Positions 37,633 through 47,979 of a DNA stretch of 64,000 bases are shown here, in pieces. Position numbers and translations under genes: made by a program. Below the pieces are notes generated by a model. The model did not search any database. It was given only the letters and a program-made list of their open reading frames with translations, and had not been told where the DNA came from. How positions within the stretch are numbered: position 1 is the stretch's first letter; each line of letters opens with the position of its first letter. The DNA is from an uncultured Gammaproteobacteria bacterium (GTDB taxonomy: Bacteria; Patescibacteriota; Patescibacteriia; Magasanikbacterales; GWA2-37-8): assembly GCA_964596525.1 (NCBI GenBank), contig CAZQUL010000001.1, positions 76,830 through 140,829 on the forward strand, written 5' to 3'.

Positions 37633-38328
37633 TTAGGCGGCAGCCGGAGTTTCGGCAGCCGGGGCAGCGGCGGTAGACGATGGGTTCGACGCTTTGGTAA
37701 CCGTGAGGGTACCTTCACCCATGATCATGACGAGGCCGTTGCGACCACCAGGGATCGCGCCCTTAATGAAGAGTTCGTTGGTTTCGGGATTAACACGGAT
37801 GACTTCAAGATTTTTTACCGTGACACGGTCACCACCCATGCGACCGGCCATGCGCATACCTTTAAAAACGCGCTGTACACCACCAGCGCCGCTTGAACCG
37901 CGGGCGCGGAGGTTGTCTTTATGACCGTGGGAAGCCGGACCACCACCGAAGTGATAGCGTTTGACGACACCGGCAAAACCTTTACCTTTGGAAGTGCCGA
38001 TGACTTCGACAGTATCTCCGGGAGCGAAGGTATTGACCAAAACCATGTCGCCACGCGCAACATCAACTGGTTTCTCGTTGACGAATTCGCGGAGCGCTTC
38101 GGACGGCTTGAGGTCCTTGAGGTGGCCCTGCAGGGGCTGTGAGAGGCGCCACTCTTTCTTTTCGCCGACGCCAAGCTGGATAGCCTGCACGTTCTGCCCG
38201 TCTTTGACGAGCGCGCGGACCTGGACTACCTGACACGGACCAGCAACAACACGCGTGACCGGAACAACGTCGCCGTTTTCCTGGAACACCTGTGTCATAC
38301 CGATTTTCTTTCCCAAAATGCATTTCAT
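37633..38328 (-). CDS. rplC: 50S ribosomal protein L3
   Basis: GKKIGMTQ, SKGKGFAGVVKR, MAGRMG. Confidence 0.97.
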   Translation of the reverse strand: MKCILGKKIGMTQVFQENGDVVPVTRVVAGPCQVVQVRALVKDGQNVQAIQLGVGEKKEWRLSQPLQGHLKDLKPSEALREFVNEKPVDVARGDMVLVNTFAPGDTVEVIGTSKGKGFAGVVKRYHFGGGPASHGHKDNLRARGSSGAGGVQRVFKGMRMAGRMGGDRVTVKNLEVIRVNPETNELFIKGAIPGGRNGLVMIMGEGTLTVTKASNPSSTAAAPAAETPAAA

Positions 38329-38602
38329 ACCTTTGGTATGCTTACCAGTGCTTGCCGTGGGGCAAGATGGTGTTTGTATAAAAAAACTAGAAGCGTCAAC
38401 GGTGGAGTTTCACCAGCTCGCGCTTCTAGCCTTTCTAACAACTACCCTAAAAACCCTTCTGTTACCGTTAGAATGGCAGTCAAAATTCTCAAAATAACTC
38501 CTTTTTCCGCTCTTTAGATATCTCCTCATGTTTTCTGAGCACACAGATCTTATGAGTCTCTACGTAAAAAGCGTCATGTATTAATTAACCTAACTCCGCG
38601 TG

Positions 38603-38631
38603 ATTATAACAGGCAAAGACGGCTTTGTCAA
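38603..38631 (-). promoter_or_regulatory. perfect consensus promoter between rpsJ and rplC
   Basis: minus-strand TTGACA-17-TATAAT. Confidence 0.8.
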
Positions 38632-38713
38632 GCCAAGTCTTGAGCGCGGCGGATAGGGCATCGACGGTCGATAACCTACCCCCTGGCTCAAGAACACGTA
38701 ACCAGGGTAGATG

Positions 38714-39064
38714 CTACATTTTAATCTCAACATCAACGCCCGAAGGGAGGTTGAGGCTCATAAGCGCATCGATGCACTTAGGCGAAGCGTTGATGATGTC
38801 GAGAAGGCGCTTGTGGGTGCGCATCTCAAACTGTTCGCGCGCGTCTTTGTGCACGAACGTGGAACGGTTCACCGTGAAGCGGTGCTTTTCGGTGGGCAAG
38901 GGTACCGGACCGATGACTTTGGCCTCATAACGACCGGCGGTCTCGACGATCGTCTTGGTGGCCAAGTCGATGATGCGGTTGTCGTACGCGCGGATTTTGA
39001 TGCGGATACGCGAAACAGCATCCTCCTTTTTGACCTGCTGCGTTGTCGGTTTAACGTTAGACAT
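38714..39064 (-). CDS. rpsJ: 30S ribosomal protein S10
   Basis: [28 protein letters not shown]. Confidence 0.97.
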   Translation of the reverse strand: MSNVKPTTQQVKKEDAVSRIRIKIRAYDNRIIDLATKTIVETAGRYEAKVIGPVPLPTEKHRFTVNRSTFVHKDAREQFEMRTHKRLLDIINASPKCIDALMSLNLPSGVDVEIKM

Positions 39065-39157
39065 GTGATTAAAAAACTAAAGAACTTAACAGAATATTTT
39101 GAGAAATATCACATCCCAAACTCAAGAGGCGCAGAAATGCTGCGCCTCAAGCGTTTG

Positions 39158-40351
39158 TTATTTGATGATCTTGGCAACGACACCGGCGCCGACGGTTTTA
39201 CCGCCTTCGCGGATGGCGAATTTCATTTTCTCTTCGAGAGCAACCGGAACGATGAGTTTAACTTTGATGCTGACAGTATCACCCGGCATGACCATTTCCG
39301 TACCGGCCGGAAGCTCGACTTCACCAGTTACGTCGGTCGTGCGGATGTAGAACTGCGGTTTGTAGCCTTTGAAGAACGGCTTGTGGCGACCGCCTTCGTC
39401 TTTGCTCAAGACGTAGACTTCACCCTCAAACTCGGTGTGCGGCTTAACCGAACCGGTTTTGGCCAAAACCATACCGCGTTCGACTTCTTCTTTTTTGGTA
39501 CCGCGCAAGAGGAGACCGGCGTTGTCACCAGCCAAACCTTCTTTGAGCTGTTTGTTGAACATTTCAACACCCGTAATGGTGGTTTTCATGGATTCTTCGC
39601 GCAAACCAACGATTTCGACTTCTTCACCGACTTTAATGACACCGCGCTCAATACGACCAGTAACGACGGTACCACGGCCTTCGATGGAGAAGACGTCTTC
39701 AACCGGCATGAGGAACGCCTGGTCGGTGACGCGGACCGGTTCCGGGATGTATTCATCAACGGCCTTGAGGAGTTCAAGGACGGATTTGGCAGCCGTATCA
39801 TCGCCCGGGTTCTGGAGGGCAGAGAGGGCGGAACCGCGGATGATCGGGGTTTTGTCGCCTGGGTAGCCGTATTTAGTGAGAAGGTCGCGAACTTCGGCCT
39901 CGACGAGGTCGACAAGTTCGGTGTCCGGCACCAAGTCAACTTTGTTAAGGAAGACGACGATGTATTTGACGCCGACCTGGCTGGCGAGGAGGATGTGCTC
40001 GCGGGTCTGCGGCATGGGACCATCGGCGGCGGAAACGACGAGGATGGCACCGTCCATCTGGGCAGCACCGGTGATCATGTTTTTAACGTAGTCGGCGTGG
40101 CCAGGGCAGTCGACGTGCGCGTAGTGGCGGTTGACGGTCTCGTATTCAACGTGCGACGTGGCGATGGTAACGATTTTGGAAGCATCACGCACCGTGCCAC
40201 CTTTGGCGATGTCGGCGTATTCTTTCTTGTTACCCAAACCGCGGGCAGCGGAAACGGCGGTAAGCGCGGCGGTAAGCGTGGTTTTACCGTGGTCGACGTG
40301 ACCGATGGTACCGATATTAACGTGTGGCTTGGAGCGTACAAACTCAGCCAT
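39158..40351 (-). CDS. tuf: elongation factor Tu
   Basis: [30 protein letters not shown]. Confidence 0.98.
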   Translation of the reverse strand: MAEFVRSKPHVNIGTIGHVDHGKTTLTAALTAVSAARGLGNKKEYADIAKGGTVRDASKIVTIATSHVEYETVNRHYAHVDCPGHADYVKNMITGAAQMDGAILVVSAADGPMPQTREHILLASQVGVKYIVVFLNKVDLVPDTELVDLVEAEVRDLLTKYGYPGDKTPIIRGSALSALQNPGDDTAAKSVLELLKAVDEYIPEPVRVTDQAFLMPVEDVFSIEGRGTVVTGRIERGVIKVGEEVEIVGLREESMKTTITGVEMFNKQLKEGLAGDNAGLLLRGTKKEEVERGMVLAKTGSVKPHTEFEGEVYVLSKDEGGRHKPFFKGYKPQFYIRTTDVTGEVELPAGTEMVMPGDTVSIKVKLIVPVALEEKMKFAIREGGKTVGAGVVAKIIK

Positions 40352-40508
40352 AAACGATTGAACTTGGCGGCACTGCAGCGAGTGGTCGTGCAGTTTTATA
40401 CCCAGCCGCGATAAAATAAAGACTAAAAATAGTGTTCACACCTTAGCACAGGAATTTATCCTTGACAAGTGCAAAATTGTGGACAACGAGCGGAGGTGAG
40501 AACGAAAT

Positions 40509-40940
40509 TTACTCAACGGGTTCGAGGTAGAAGCGCTCCTCTTCGGCATCTTCATCCGCCTCTTCATCCGCCTCTTCAAAGAGGGTGGAATCCCAAGCTT
40601 CTTCGGTAGGGCGTTTCGGTGGGGCAGGAGGTTCGGGGCGGCGAGGCGCTACCGGCTTGCGCGGCGGAGCGAACATCTCTTGTCCGTCCCAGGACAATTC
40701 GCTGTCGACATCATCGTCTGAAGACTCCTCGTTTTCTTCGGCATCTTCGTCGGCGCATTCTTCTTTACCATCGCACGGGCAGGAAGCGCATTTCCCGCCG
40801 GACGAACCAGCAGCGAGGCGTTCGTAATCATCGATCTTCATGAGCACAAAGAGCGTATCGGAGTCGGTATCGGGGATAATGATACGATCATTAGTGCGTT
40901 TGACCAACTCCAGAAGGCGCGCGAGATGGGAAAAATTCAT
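40509..40940 (-). CDS. acidic hypothetical protein
   Basis: 143-aa ORF ending EERFYLEPVE. Confidence 0.7.
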   Translation of the reverse strand: MNFSHLARLLELVKRTNDRIIIPDTDSDTLFVLMKIDDYERLAAGSSGGKCASCPCDGKEECADEDAEENEESSDDDVDSELSWDGQEMFAPPRKPVAPRRPEPPAPPKRPTEEAWDSTLFEEADEEADEDAEEERFYLEPVE

Positions 40941-41035
40941 ACTCGGACGAATTTAAGATGAGTATGGCGGTACCGTACGGAGTTTGAGGGCGTTTGTCAA
41001 TATGGTGGAACGGCGGAAAAACCATTCACCCTTCT

Positions 41036-41143
41036 GTCATTGCGAGGAAGGAGTTAGACGAGTGACGAAGCAATCCCCCAGTAATTTCAGAGCTCGCTCT
41101 GTTATCAAGGGGATTGCTTCGTCGGGTGCCTCCTCGCAATGAC
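41036..41143. repeat. palindromic RPE/MITE-like repeat, copy B, no insert
   Basis: GTCATTGCGAG..GAAGCAATCCCC..GGGGATTGCTTCG..CTCGCAATGAC. Confidence 0.85.
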
Positions 41144-41154
41144 GCGATTTAATC

Positions 41155-41838
41155 TTAAAGGATATTGATGACTTTGAGTGTCCGGTCGGCGAAGCGGTAG
41201 AGTTCGGCCGGGCGGCTGGGGAGTCCGCCGCGTTCTCGGCCGGTGGGTACGACAAGTTTGATGGCGAGAATTTTTTTGCGGAAGTTGCGCTTGTCGAGGG
41301 CATGACCGAGAATGACTTCGTAAAGGGTTTGGAGTTCGGTGAGGGTGAATTCGGGCGGCAGTAGGTTGGCGGCGATGTTGGTGTAGCCGAGTTTGGCGCG
41401 CAAACGTTCAACTGCAACCTGGACCATGTCGGCGTGGTCGTAGGCCAAGGACGGTAACTTGCGGACCGGAAACCAGCAGACTTTGGCCTGGTCGGTGACG
41501 AAATAGCGCTCGCGTGCCTCAAACTCCGGGGCAACGAGGGCAGCGTAGGCAGTGGAGACGACCCGACCGAACGGATCGCGGTCGAGTGCGCTGAATGTAT
41601 AAAGTTGTTCCAGATAGACCCGTGAAAGTCCCGTGCGCTCGAAAAGGTGACGCTTGGCCGCGTCGTCGAGAGTTTCGTCGCCTTTAAGAAGCCCGCCCGG
41701 CAGGGCCCAAGAATCTTCGTAGGGGCGTTTGGACATTTTCATGAGGAGCACTTCGAGGCGGTTATCGCGGACGCTCAAGACAGCGACATCGACAGCCACG
41801 ACTACGTGGCGGTATTTTTGCTTGACAACAGAAGGCAT
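41155..41838 (-). CDS. NrtR-like Nudix plus winged-helix regulator
   Basis: WALPGG, LEQLYTF..RDP.GRVVS, EFTLTELQ..YE..LDKRNFRKK. Confidence 0.9.
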   Translation of the reverse strand: MPSVVKQKYRHVVVAVDVAVLSVRDNRLEVLLMKMSKRPYEDSWALPGGLLKGDETLDDAAKRHLFERTGLSRVYLEQLYTFSALDRDPFGRVVSTAYAALVAPEFEARERYFVTDQAKVCWFPVRKLPSLAYDHADMVQVAVERLRAKLGYTNIAANLLPPEFTLTELQTLYEVILGHALDKRNFRKKILAIKLVVPTGRERGGLPSRPAELYRFADRTLKVINIL

Positions 41839-41943
41839 AGGAGAAGGATATAACAGCACTCTGTAGCATAGGCCATCCGGAGCGTTAAGTAAACTAGAAA
41901 TGTTATACTATAAGAATAAAGCGATATACTTTTATCTTTTTTT

Positions 41944-42915
41944 ATGGAAAGAGGCCATCCGGGTTACGCCGAATATATCGTCGAAAAAAAACGCTTCGAC
42001 GAAAAAAATAACGAATACGTTACTGTGGTTGAAGACGAAGCGTACCGCGAACGCCTGCGAGAACTACGGGAACGCAGTGCTACGCTCAACAAAGACGTGC
42101 AAGCAGAGCTTGAGAAAGCAGGCGTACGATCCATTGCGAGCGCGGCGCGCCAGCATAAAGGTGATTTTAACTATCCGCCCATACTTCAGCTTAAGTTTCT
42201 CTTACGGCCGGAATTTTATCCTTCGATCGGCGGCGAAGAAAAATCGGAGAAGACCCGCTACAACGCTTCGGATGATACTATAACGTTCTTTCTGCATCTG
42301 ACCGCGCGTGGTGATGTACAGGAAGTTCGACAGCACCGCGGTTTTAATACCGGACCTGAGATATATGCCACATCAGACGAAATCATTCCTTTTGACGACG
42401 AAACGTCTAATAAGGCAGTGCAGGCGCGGGGTACAATTGGAAAATTTGTGCATAGTGGAGATTATAAAGGGCTCGCTACGTATGTAGCTAACCAGATTAA
42501 TCCGCGCACAATTCCCGAAAAAAGCCTCCGCCATCATATAGTACATTTTTTTGAAAGCGTCTATCGTATTAATTCGCCAGAAGAAGCAGCGGAACTATTT
42601 AAAAACGATCGGATATTCAGCATCCCTGGTTCGCTTATACGCAATATGGTTAAAGCCGCACTCGTTCGTGTCGTGGAGCAAGAAACACGGCGATTCAAGA
42701 GAAATAACACCCCGCTTAAAGAGCAGGAGCACATACTGCGCGGACGGCTGGAACAGGCGACTGAAAAAATTGCCGGTATACCGATAGGAGATAGTTTTAG
42801 CACAAAATCGGCTCACGAATTCGTACCGGATTTTGTGGATTATGCGGGGCGAGCAGTGGCCCAAGGAATCGATCATTTTCGGCGTAGAACGCATGACAGG
42901 AAGGTACTTTCATAA
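41944..42915 (+). CDS. hypothetical protein
   Basis: 323-aa ORF with no SD; hairpin at about 42927-42952. Confidence 0.7.
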   Translation: MERGHPGYAEYIVEKKRFDEKNNEYVTVVEDEAYRERLRELRERSATLNKDVQAELEKAGVRSIASAARQHKGDFNYPPILQLKFLLRPEFYPSIGGEEKSEKTRYNASDDTITFFLHLTARGDVQEVRQHRGFNTGPEIYATSDEIIPFDDETSNKAVQARGTIGKFVHSGDYKGLATYVANQINPRTIPEKSLRHHIVHFFESVYRINSPEEAAELFKNDRIFSIPGSLIRNMVKAALVRVVEQETRRFKRNNTPLKEQEHILRGRLEQATEKIAGIPIGDSFSTKSAHEFVPDFVDYAGRAVAQGIDHFRRRTHDRKVLS

Positions 42916-42963
42916 ATGTTTAATCAAAAAACCTGCCGCTCGGCAGGTTTTTTGATTCTCACA

Positions 42964-43734
42964 TTATTTTTTCACTGCGCCTTCGCTGTCCATGAACAGC
43001 TTGATGTCGGAGATGGTGGACATGAATTGGGCCGGGAAAATGATGGTGGAATTTTTCTCGACGCTGATTTCGGACATGGTCTGGAGATTGCGCAGTTGGA
43101 GCGCGATGGGGTGGGCGGCCATGACATCGGCAGTGTCGGCGAGCTTTTGGGCGGAGAGGAATTCGCCTTCGGCCGAGATGATTTTGGCGCGCTTCTCGCG
43201 TTCGGCTTCGGCTTGTTTGGCCATGGCGCGCTGCATGCCTTCGGGGAGTTCGATGTCTTTCATTTCAACGACCGAGACGACGACACCCCAAGATTCGGTG
43301 TGCGCATCGAGGACTTTGGTGATTTCTTGGTTGATGGTTTCGCGTTCGCTTAAAATTTCGTCGAGCTGGAATTTGCCGACGATGTTACGCACCGAGGTCT
43401 GGGCGATCTGGTTGATGGCAGCCATGACGTTTTCGATGGCGACGATGCTTTTGATAGCATCGGTAACGCGGTAATAGGCAACGGCGGATACATCAACCGA
43501 AACGTTATCTTTGGTGATGATCTTTTGGCTCGGTACCGGGAGCGTGATGGTGCGGAAATCGACTTTGCGCATCTGGTCGATGAAGGGGATGATCCAGTTG
43601 AGGCCCGGTTCTTTGACGCCGACGATTTTACCGAGGCGAAAGATGACTCCCTTTTCGTACTGCTGGACGATGCGGATGCCCAAGATGAGAATAGCAAGGG
43701 CAAGGAAAACGATAATAAGAAGAAAGCCGGGCAT
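42964..43734 (-). CDS. SPFH/band 7 (slipin) family protein
   Basis: [24 protein letters not shown]. Confidence 0.95.
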   Translation of the reverse strand: MPGFLLIIVFLALAILILGIRIVQQYEKGVIFRLGKIVGVKEPGLNWIIPFIDQMRKVDFRTITLPVPSQKIITKDNVSVDVSAVAYYRVTDAIKSIVAIENVMAAINQIAQTSVRNIVGKFQLDEILSERETINQEITKVLDAHTESWGVVVSVVEMKDIELPEGMQRAMAKQAEAEREKRAKIISAEGEFLSAQKLADTADVMAAHPIALQLRNLQTMSEISVEKNSTIIFPAQFMSTISDIKLFMDSEGAVKK

Positions 43735-43775
43735 ACGGAAAGCTTAGAAGATTGAATGAAAAAATTGAATTACGA

Positions 43776-44354
43776 TTACTTACTGAGCATGCGGAGCGCC
43801 TCGCGGAGTAATTCTTCGCTGGTTTTTCCTTCTATGTCGAGTTCTTCGAATACTGCGCGGATGGTAGCCGCCGGGTAGCCGAGGGCTTCAAGACCATCGA
43901 TAACGTCTTGGGCGGCAGACGATGGTGCGGCGAGGGCAGGACCAGCGGCGGCAGCGGAGAATTTGCCCTGGAGTTCGAGCACCAGGCGTTCGGCGGTTTT
44001 TTTACCAATACCGCTTACGCGCGTCAAGTAAGCGACATTACCTTGGGCGATGGCCTGCATGGTGGAGGCAGCGCTCCCGAGCGCAAGAATGTTGAGCGCG
44101 GTTTTGGGGCCAACGCCGCTGACCGTAATAAGGAGTTCGAAAAGCTGTTTTTCGACGAGACTTGCGAAACCGTAGAGATCAAGAGCGTCTTCTTTGACGA
44201 CAAGATGGGTGGTCAGCGCGAGTTCGTGACCTGGTTTGGCAAGCTCGAGCGCGGCAGGAGTAGCAAAGATACGGTAACCGACGCCGCCCGGAGTGAGGAG
44301 GACGATGGTGTTATGCTCGACAGAATGGACTTGGCCGCTGAGGTGGGCGATCAT
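43776..44354 (-). CDS. ruvA: Holliday junction branch migration protein RuvA
   Basis: GVGY, LYGF, VSGVGPK, SGIGKKTAERL. Confidence 0.95.
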   Translation of the reverse strand: MIAHLSGQVHSVEHNTIVLLTPGGVGYRIFATPAALELAKPGHELALTTHLVVKEDALDLYGFASLVEKQLFELLITVSGVGPKTALNILALGSAASTMQAIAQGNVAYLTRVSGIGKKTAERLVLELQGKFSAAAAGPALAAPSSAAQDVIDGLEALGYPAATIRAVFEELDIEGKTSEELLREALRMLSK

Positions 44355-44358
44355 ACGA

Positions 44359-45348
44359 TTATTTTTTGGCACGGACTTTGGCCGGACGTTTAGGCAAAGC
44401 GACACGGCTCACGCGAATAAGACCGCCGCAAGCTACGATCTCGATGCCGTTCTTTTCGAGCTCGTCGAGGAAGAGGTTCATACCGAGCGAATCGGAGGCC
44501 ATATGACCGGTAATGATGACGTTCATGCTCGATTCGTTGGCTTTGGTGACACCATCTTCTTTCATATGCATGCCGATAACCGTGGAAAAACCGGCCCGGG
44601 AAAATTCCGGATAGACCTTGGCCGAAGGGTTGGTACCACCGGTCATTTCGACGACGAATTTACCAAGGCGGTGCCGCGGCGAACCGGCAATGATTTTGGG
44701 ACCGGCGCCATGGCGTTTGGCATGCTGATACTCGGGAATTTCCATGAGGATTTTAAGCACGTCGCCGAGCGTTTCGGGCGATTTTTCCTTGATGAGGTCG
44801 GTGAGGAATTTGTCGACCAGATTGTCAGTGATGGTGTGCGTATCAATGAAACTTATAGCGAGGAGCCGGGCAACATCAACGACGCGGTCATAATTGGCCG
44901 GGTGAGTGCTCCGCCCCACTTCGCGCACGCGTTCTTCGATAATTTTTTCGGCGATGTGAATGGGCAGGCCATAGCTTTCATAGACGCCGACGGAGAGCTC
45001 CATGACTTCTTGCAGGTTGGTAAGGCTTTTGCCGTTGGGGTGGTGCGCAATGACAAGATCGATTGGCTTGCCGCGCTCACCGAGCTGTGAAGCAAGGAGG
45101 ATTTCGGTGCCGGAAATATCGATGCCAGCAAGGACACGGCGGACTTCTTTACCCGTATCAACGTGGATGGAACTGTCGGGGTACGGATTAGCAAGCAGCG
45201 CGGTGTCGAAAAATTCCTGATCCGCCGGTTTGAGATCGTCGTATTCTTTGCGCAGGCGATCAAGATATTTTTTGACACCAGAACGGCCGCGCGGGTCAGC
45301 GAGGATAGCGAGTTCAACGGCGCGGCTGAAGATGGCGGAAGTATTCAT
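44359..45348 (-). CDS. NIF3 (NGG1p-interacting factor)-like protein
   Basis: NPYPDS, IAHHP, HTITDN, GHMASDSLGMN. Confidence 0.8.
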   Translation of the reverse strand: MNTSAIFSRAVELAILADPRGRSGVKKYLDRLRKEYDDLKPADQEFFDTALLANPYPDSSIHVDTGKEVRRVLAGIDISGTEILLASQLGERGKPIDLVIAHHPNGKSLTNLQEVMELSVGVYESYGLPIHIAEKIIEERVREVGRSTHPANYDRVVDVARLLAISFIDTHTITDNLVDKFLTDLIKEKSPETLGDVLKILMEIPEYQHAKRHGAGPKIIAGSPRHRLGKFVVEMTGGTNPSAKVYPEFSRAGFSTVIGMHMKEDGVTKANESSMNVIITGHMASDSLGMNLFLDELEKNGIEIVACGGLIRVSRVALPKRPAKVRAKK

Positions 45349-45490
45349 AAGAAGATGATGGTTTAACTATACCAAAAACAAAAGGAACAACAAGTGAAAA
45401 CAGAACTTGCACACTACTATCCTCCCCTATCTTGACTGAAAGGCGCGACACGGCTAAGCTACCGACGCTTCTCTCAAAAAGCGAGGAACC

Positions 45491-45931
45491 ATGCGTCTCA
45501 ACGCACATGATGCTACAAAAAAATTCAACGAAAGTTACCGTCAAAGCCTCGTTGTTCTGGTGTGCGAACCGATGCCCGGGGTGTGGCGCGGATCGCTGAC
45601 ACTTAGAACAATGCGTACTCATGACGTGCACGGCCTTCCCGTGGCTGACCCGCGATACGAGGTGAAGATCGACCTGAACGGACCGATTGAACGTCTCGGA
45701 CTAAACTACCGCGGCTCCGGACTGATTCGTGATGAAAGCGGCGCCGTGCCGGTGGAATTTCTGATCAGTCTGCACCCCGCAAAGGGATGGATACAAAAGG
45801 GCACTGTTTACCCGGTTGGCGATTTTACCCCCTCCGCACCAGACACTGCCCACCCCTCAATGTGGCAACGAATCCGCGGTTACCTGAGAAGCCCGGAGCG
45901 CTCAAACAACGGATACGACAACCAGCTGTAA
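45491..45931 (+). CDS. hypothetical protein
   Basis: TTGACT(45432)-17-TAAGCT, GAGGA SD, terminator at about 45947-45980. Confidence 0.7.
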   Translation: MRLNAHDATKKFNESYRQSLVVLVCEPMPGVWRGSLTLRTMRTHDVHGLPVADPRYEVKIDLNGPIERLGLNYRGSGLIRDESGAVPVEFLISLHPAKGWIQKGTVYPVGDFTPSAPDTAHPSMWQRIRGYLRSPERSNNGYDNQL

Positions 45932-46040
45932 TCAGCGCACCATGATCCTCCACGCCAGATGTCTGGCTGGAGTCTTTTTTGTTAAGGGAGTTTTTTAATT
46001 ATAGAACACCGCCAGACATGTTGTCTGGCGGTGATATTTT

Positions 46041-46388
46041 TTAACGGGTCGAACGGGTTGGCGTAGGATACATGCGGTCTTGAGCTGGATAGGTACCCTG
46101 GTTCATACCCTGCTCGGGATCTCCGACCATCCCTTTCATCATCGGCTTGCCGTACATCATGGCACGCGGCGCTTCGCACCTACCACCCCAGCCACCCGTG
46201 AAACGACCATCGATCTCACCGATCTTATAGCCGCCGCAGAAAATAACAAAGATAAGCACACCCCAGAAAACCGCCCGGCTGAGCGGGGCACGGATCGATG
46301 TGCCACAGCACCACGTAGTGGGGCCGCACATCTTATCACCATGATGCTGATGCTGGTCAGGCATGCCGGTTTTTTTGTCTTCCATCAT
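46041..46388 (-). CDS. small membrane protein
   Basis: single TM, IFCGGYKIG; Met/Gly-rich tail. Confidence 0.65.
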   Translation of the reverse strand: MMEDKKTGMPDQHQHHGDKMCGPTTWCCGTSIRAPLSRAVFWGVLIFVIFCGGYKIGEIDGRFTGGWGGRCEAPRAMMYGKPMMKGMVGDPEQGMNQGTYPAQDRMYPTPTRSTR

Positions 46389-46601
46389 AGATACGATGGT
46401 TAAAGATAAAGTGCTAATAAATAGTTTAATAGTATACACCATGAAGGCCTTGGTTCACAATCAAAAAGAGAGCAACGTGTCCCGAAAAATATGATTGCAC
46501 CATCTTATCCCCTGGACCGCTTGGAGGTAGCGCTATACCCTCGCTACCGTATCTTAGAGAGGTCGCGACCCTTTCTCCGTTAAATCATTAAGCAAACTCC
46601 T

Positions 46602-47915
46602 ATGGGCACACCAAAAAAATTCGTGGCAGTAGGAGGAACTCTCCTTGCCTTAGTAGGTCTGGCAGTAGCTTCTCCTTCTTACGCCGCACCGTTTGATACA
46701 ACCGACACAGCACTTCCTCCCGCAGCAGCAGCTTCAGCTGTTAGCGCGGGCGGAGGAAACTCTTTCCTTCCTTACGAGTTTCCTGAGCGCGGTCGGACAA
46801 CATTTTTGGGTATTGTAAGCCAAGTCAACGGCACGGATATAACACTTCAAGCGCAAGATAATAAGCGCTACACCGTTGACGTTTCCTGGGCGCGCATTCT
46901 CGCTGGTAACGGCACCAATGAGGCTGTGAGTTTGGTTAAAGGCGACACGCTTCTTGTGCGCGGATTCCGCTTTGACCGATGGATTTTCGCCGAGCTCGTA
47001 GTGCAGCTTAAACGCGCTCCTGCACCGGTGGTCGAACAATACTCAGGCGCGGTGCGCGGCATCGGTTCAAACAGCTTCATTGTAGAACTGCAGAATCCAA
47101 CTGCGCAACTTCCTCGCCTCCTCTTTGTTCAACTCGGAACTGGCGCGACTGTAACGCTTAACGGACAAAGCAGTACGTTTAACGAACTGCGCTACGGCGA
47201 CACGGTCACGATCGGCGGGACGTATGACCGGGATATGGTCATGATTACAGCAAATAACGTAGCGATTATCCGCAACGTAACCCCGAGTCCAACGCCAACT
47301 ACGACACCACCGGTAGTAGTACCAACCACCACTCCCGGACCCACCCCAACACCAGGTCCCACGACTACTCCGACTTCTACCCCTGAACCAACGCCGACCC
47401 CCACCCCGACCTCGACACCTGGCCCGACTCCCACGACTACTCCCACCGAACCACCGGTAACACCGACGCCGACATCCACTCCGGTGCCAACCCCGACTCC
47501 GACTGGCACTCCGTCCCCTACTCCGACACCGAGCCCTCTGCCGACAAGTACTGATCCAGGACCAGCGCCGGCCCCTGGAACGTCCACTCCAACTCCGCCG
47601 GTGACACCACCGACAACAACGCCGGAACCCACACCTGTCCCCACAAGTACCGACCCAGGTCCGACACCCCTACCAACTCCGACACCGACTACCACCCCGG
47701 AACCGACTCCAACACCGGCTCCTCCCGTACCTACGCCAGGGCCTCAACCCACCACACCAACCGCGACTGATCCTGGCACGCCAGGAACCCCTACCCCTGG
47801 TCCGACTCCGCCGGTAACCAATCCGACTGAGCCGCCGACAGGTGGTTCTGGGCCTACACCGAGTACTCCCGCGCCGTGTCCTGCAACACCGCCTGCGGGT
47901 ACTACGTGTCCGTAA
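46602..47915 (+). CDS. secreted DUF5666-like protein with Pro/Thr-rich tail
   Basis: signal peptide; two G.V..I..V..L..GD.V.V.G beta repeats; about 210-aa PT region. Confidence 0.75.
   Translation: MGTPKKFVAVGGTLLALVGLAVASPSYAAPFDTTDTALPPAAAASAVSAGGGNSFLPYEFPERGRTTFLGIVSQVNGTDITLQAQDNKRYTVDVSWARILAGNGTNEAVSLVKGDTLLVRGFRFDRWIFAELVVQLKRAPAPVVEQYSGAVRGIGSNSFIVELQNPTAQLPRLLFVQLGTGATVTLNGQSSTFNELRYGDTVTIGGTYDRDMVMITANNVAIIRNVTPSPTPTTTPPVVVPTTTPGPTPTPGPTTTPTSTPEPTPTPTPTSTPGPTPTTTPTEPPVTPTPTSTPVPTPTPTGTPSPTPTPSPLPTSTDPGPAPAPGTSTPTPPVTPPTTTPEPTPVPTSTDPGPTPLPTPTPTTTPEPTPTPAPPVPTPGPQPTTPTATDPGTPGTPTPGPTPPVTNPTEPPTGGSGPTPSTPAPCPATPPAGTTCP
47281..47912 (+). repeat. Pro/Thr low-complexity coding repeats
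   Basis: [11 protein letters not shown] and PTSTDPGP units. Confidence 0.8.
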
Positions 47916-47979
47916 GCTCTTCCTCATAAAAAAACAACACCACCACAGCAGGTGGTGTTGTTGTATAACGCGCTACGTA

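Noticed and set aside
38711-40414. Long plus-strand ORFs over tuf/rpsJ (also 34070..35350 and 30309..31217) and antisense ORFs 10169..11476 and 26581..27591
   Set aside because: These are antisense shadows of well-supported genes, produced by codon bias.
47281-47912. CRISPR-like or DNA-level tandem repeat
   Set aside because: The repeats are degenerate Pro/Thr codons inside a CDS, with no constant repeat-spacer period.
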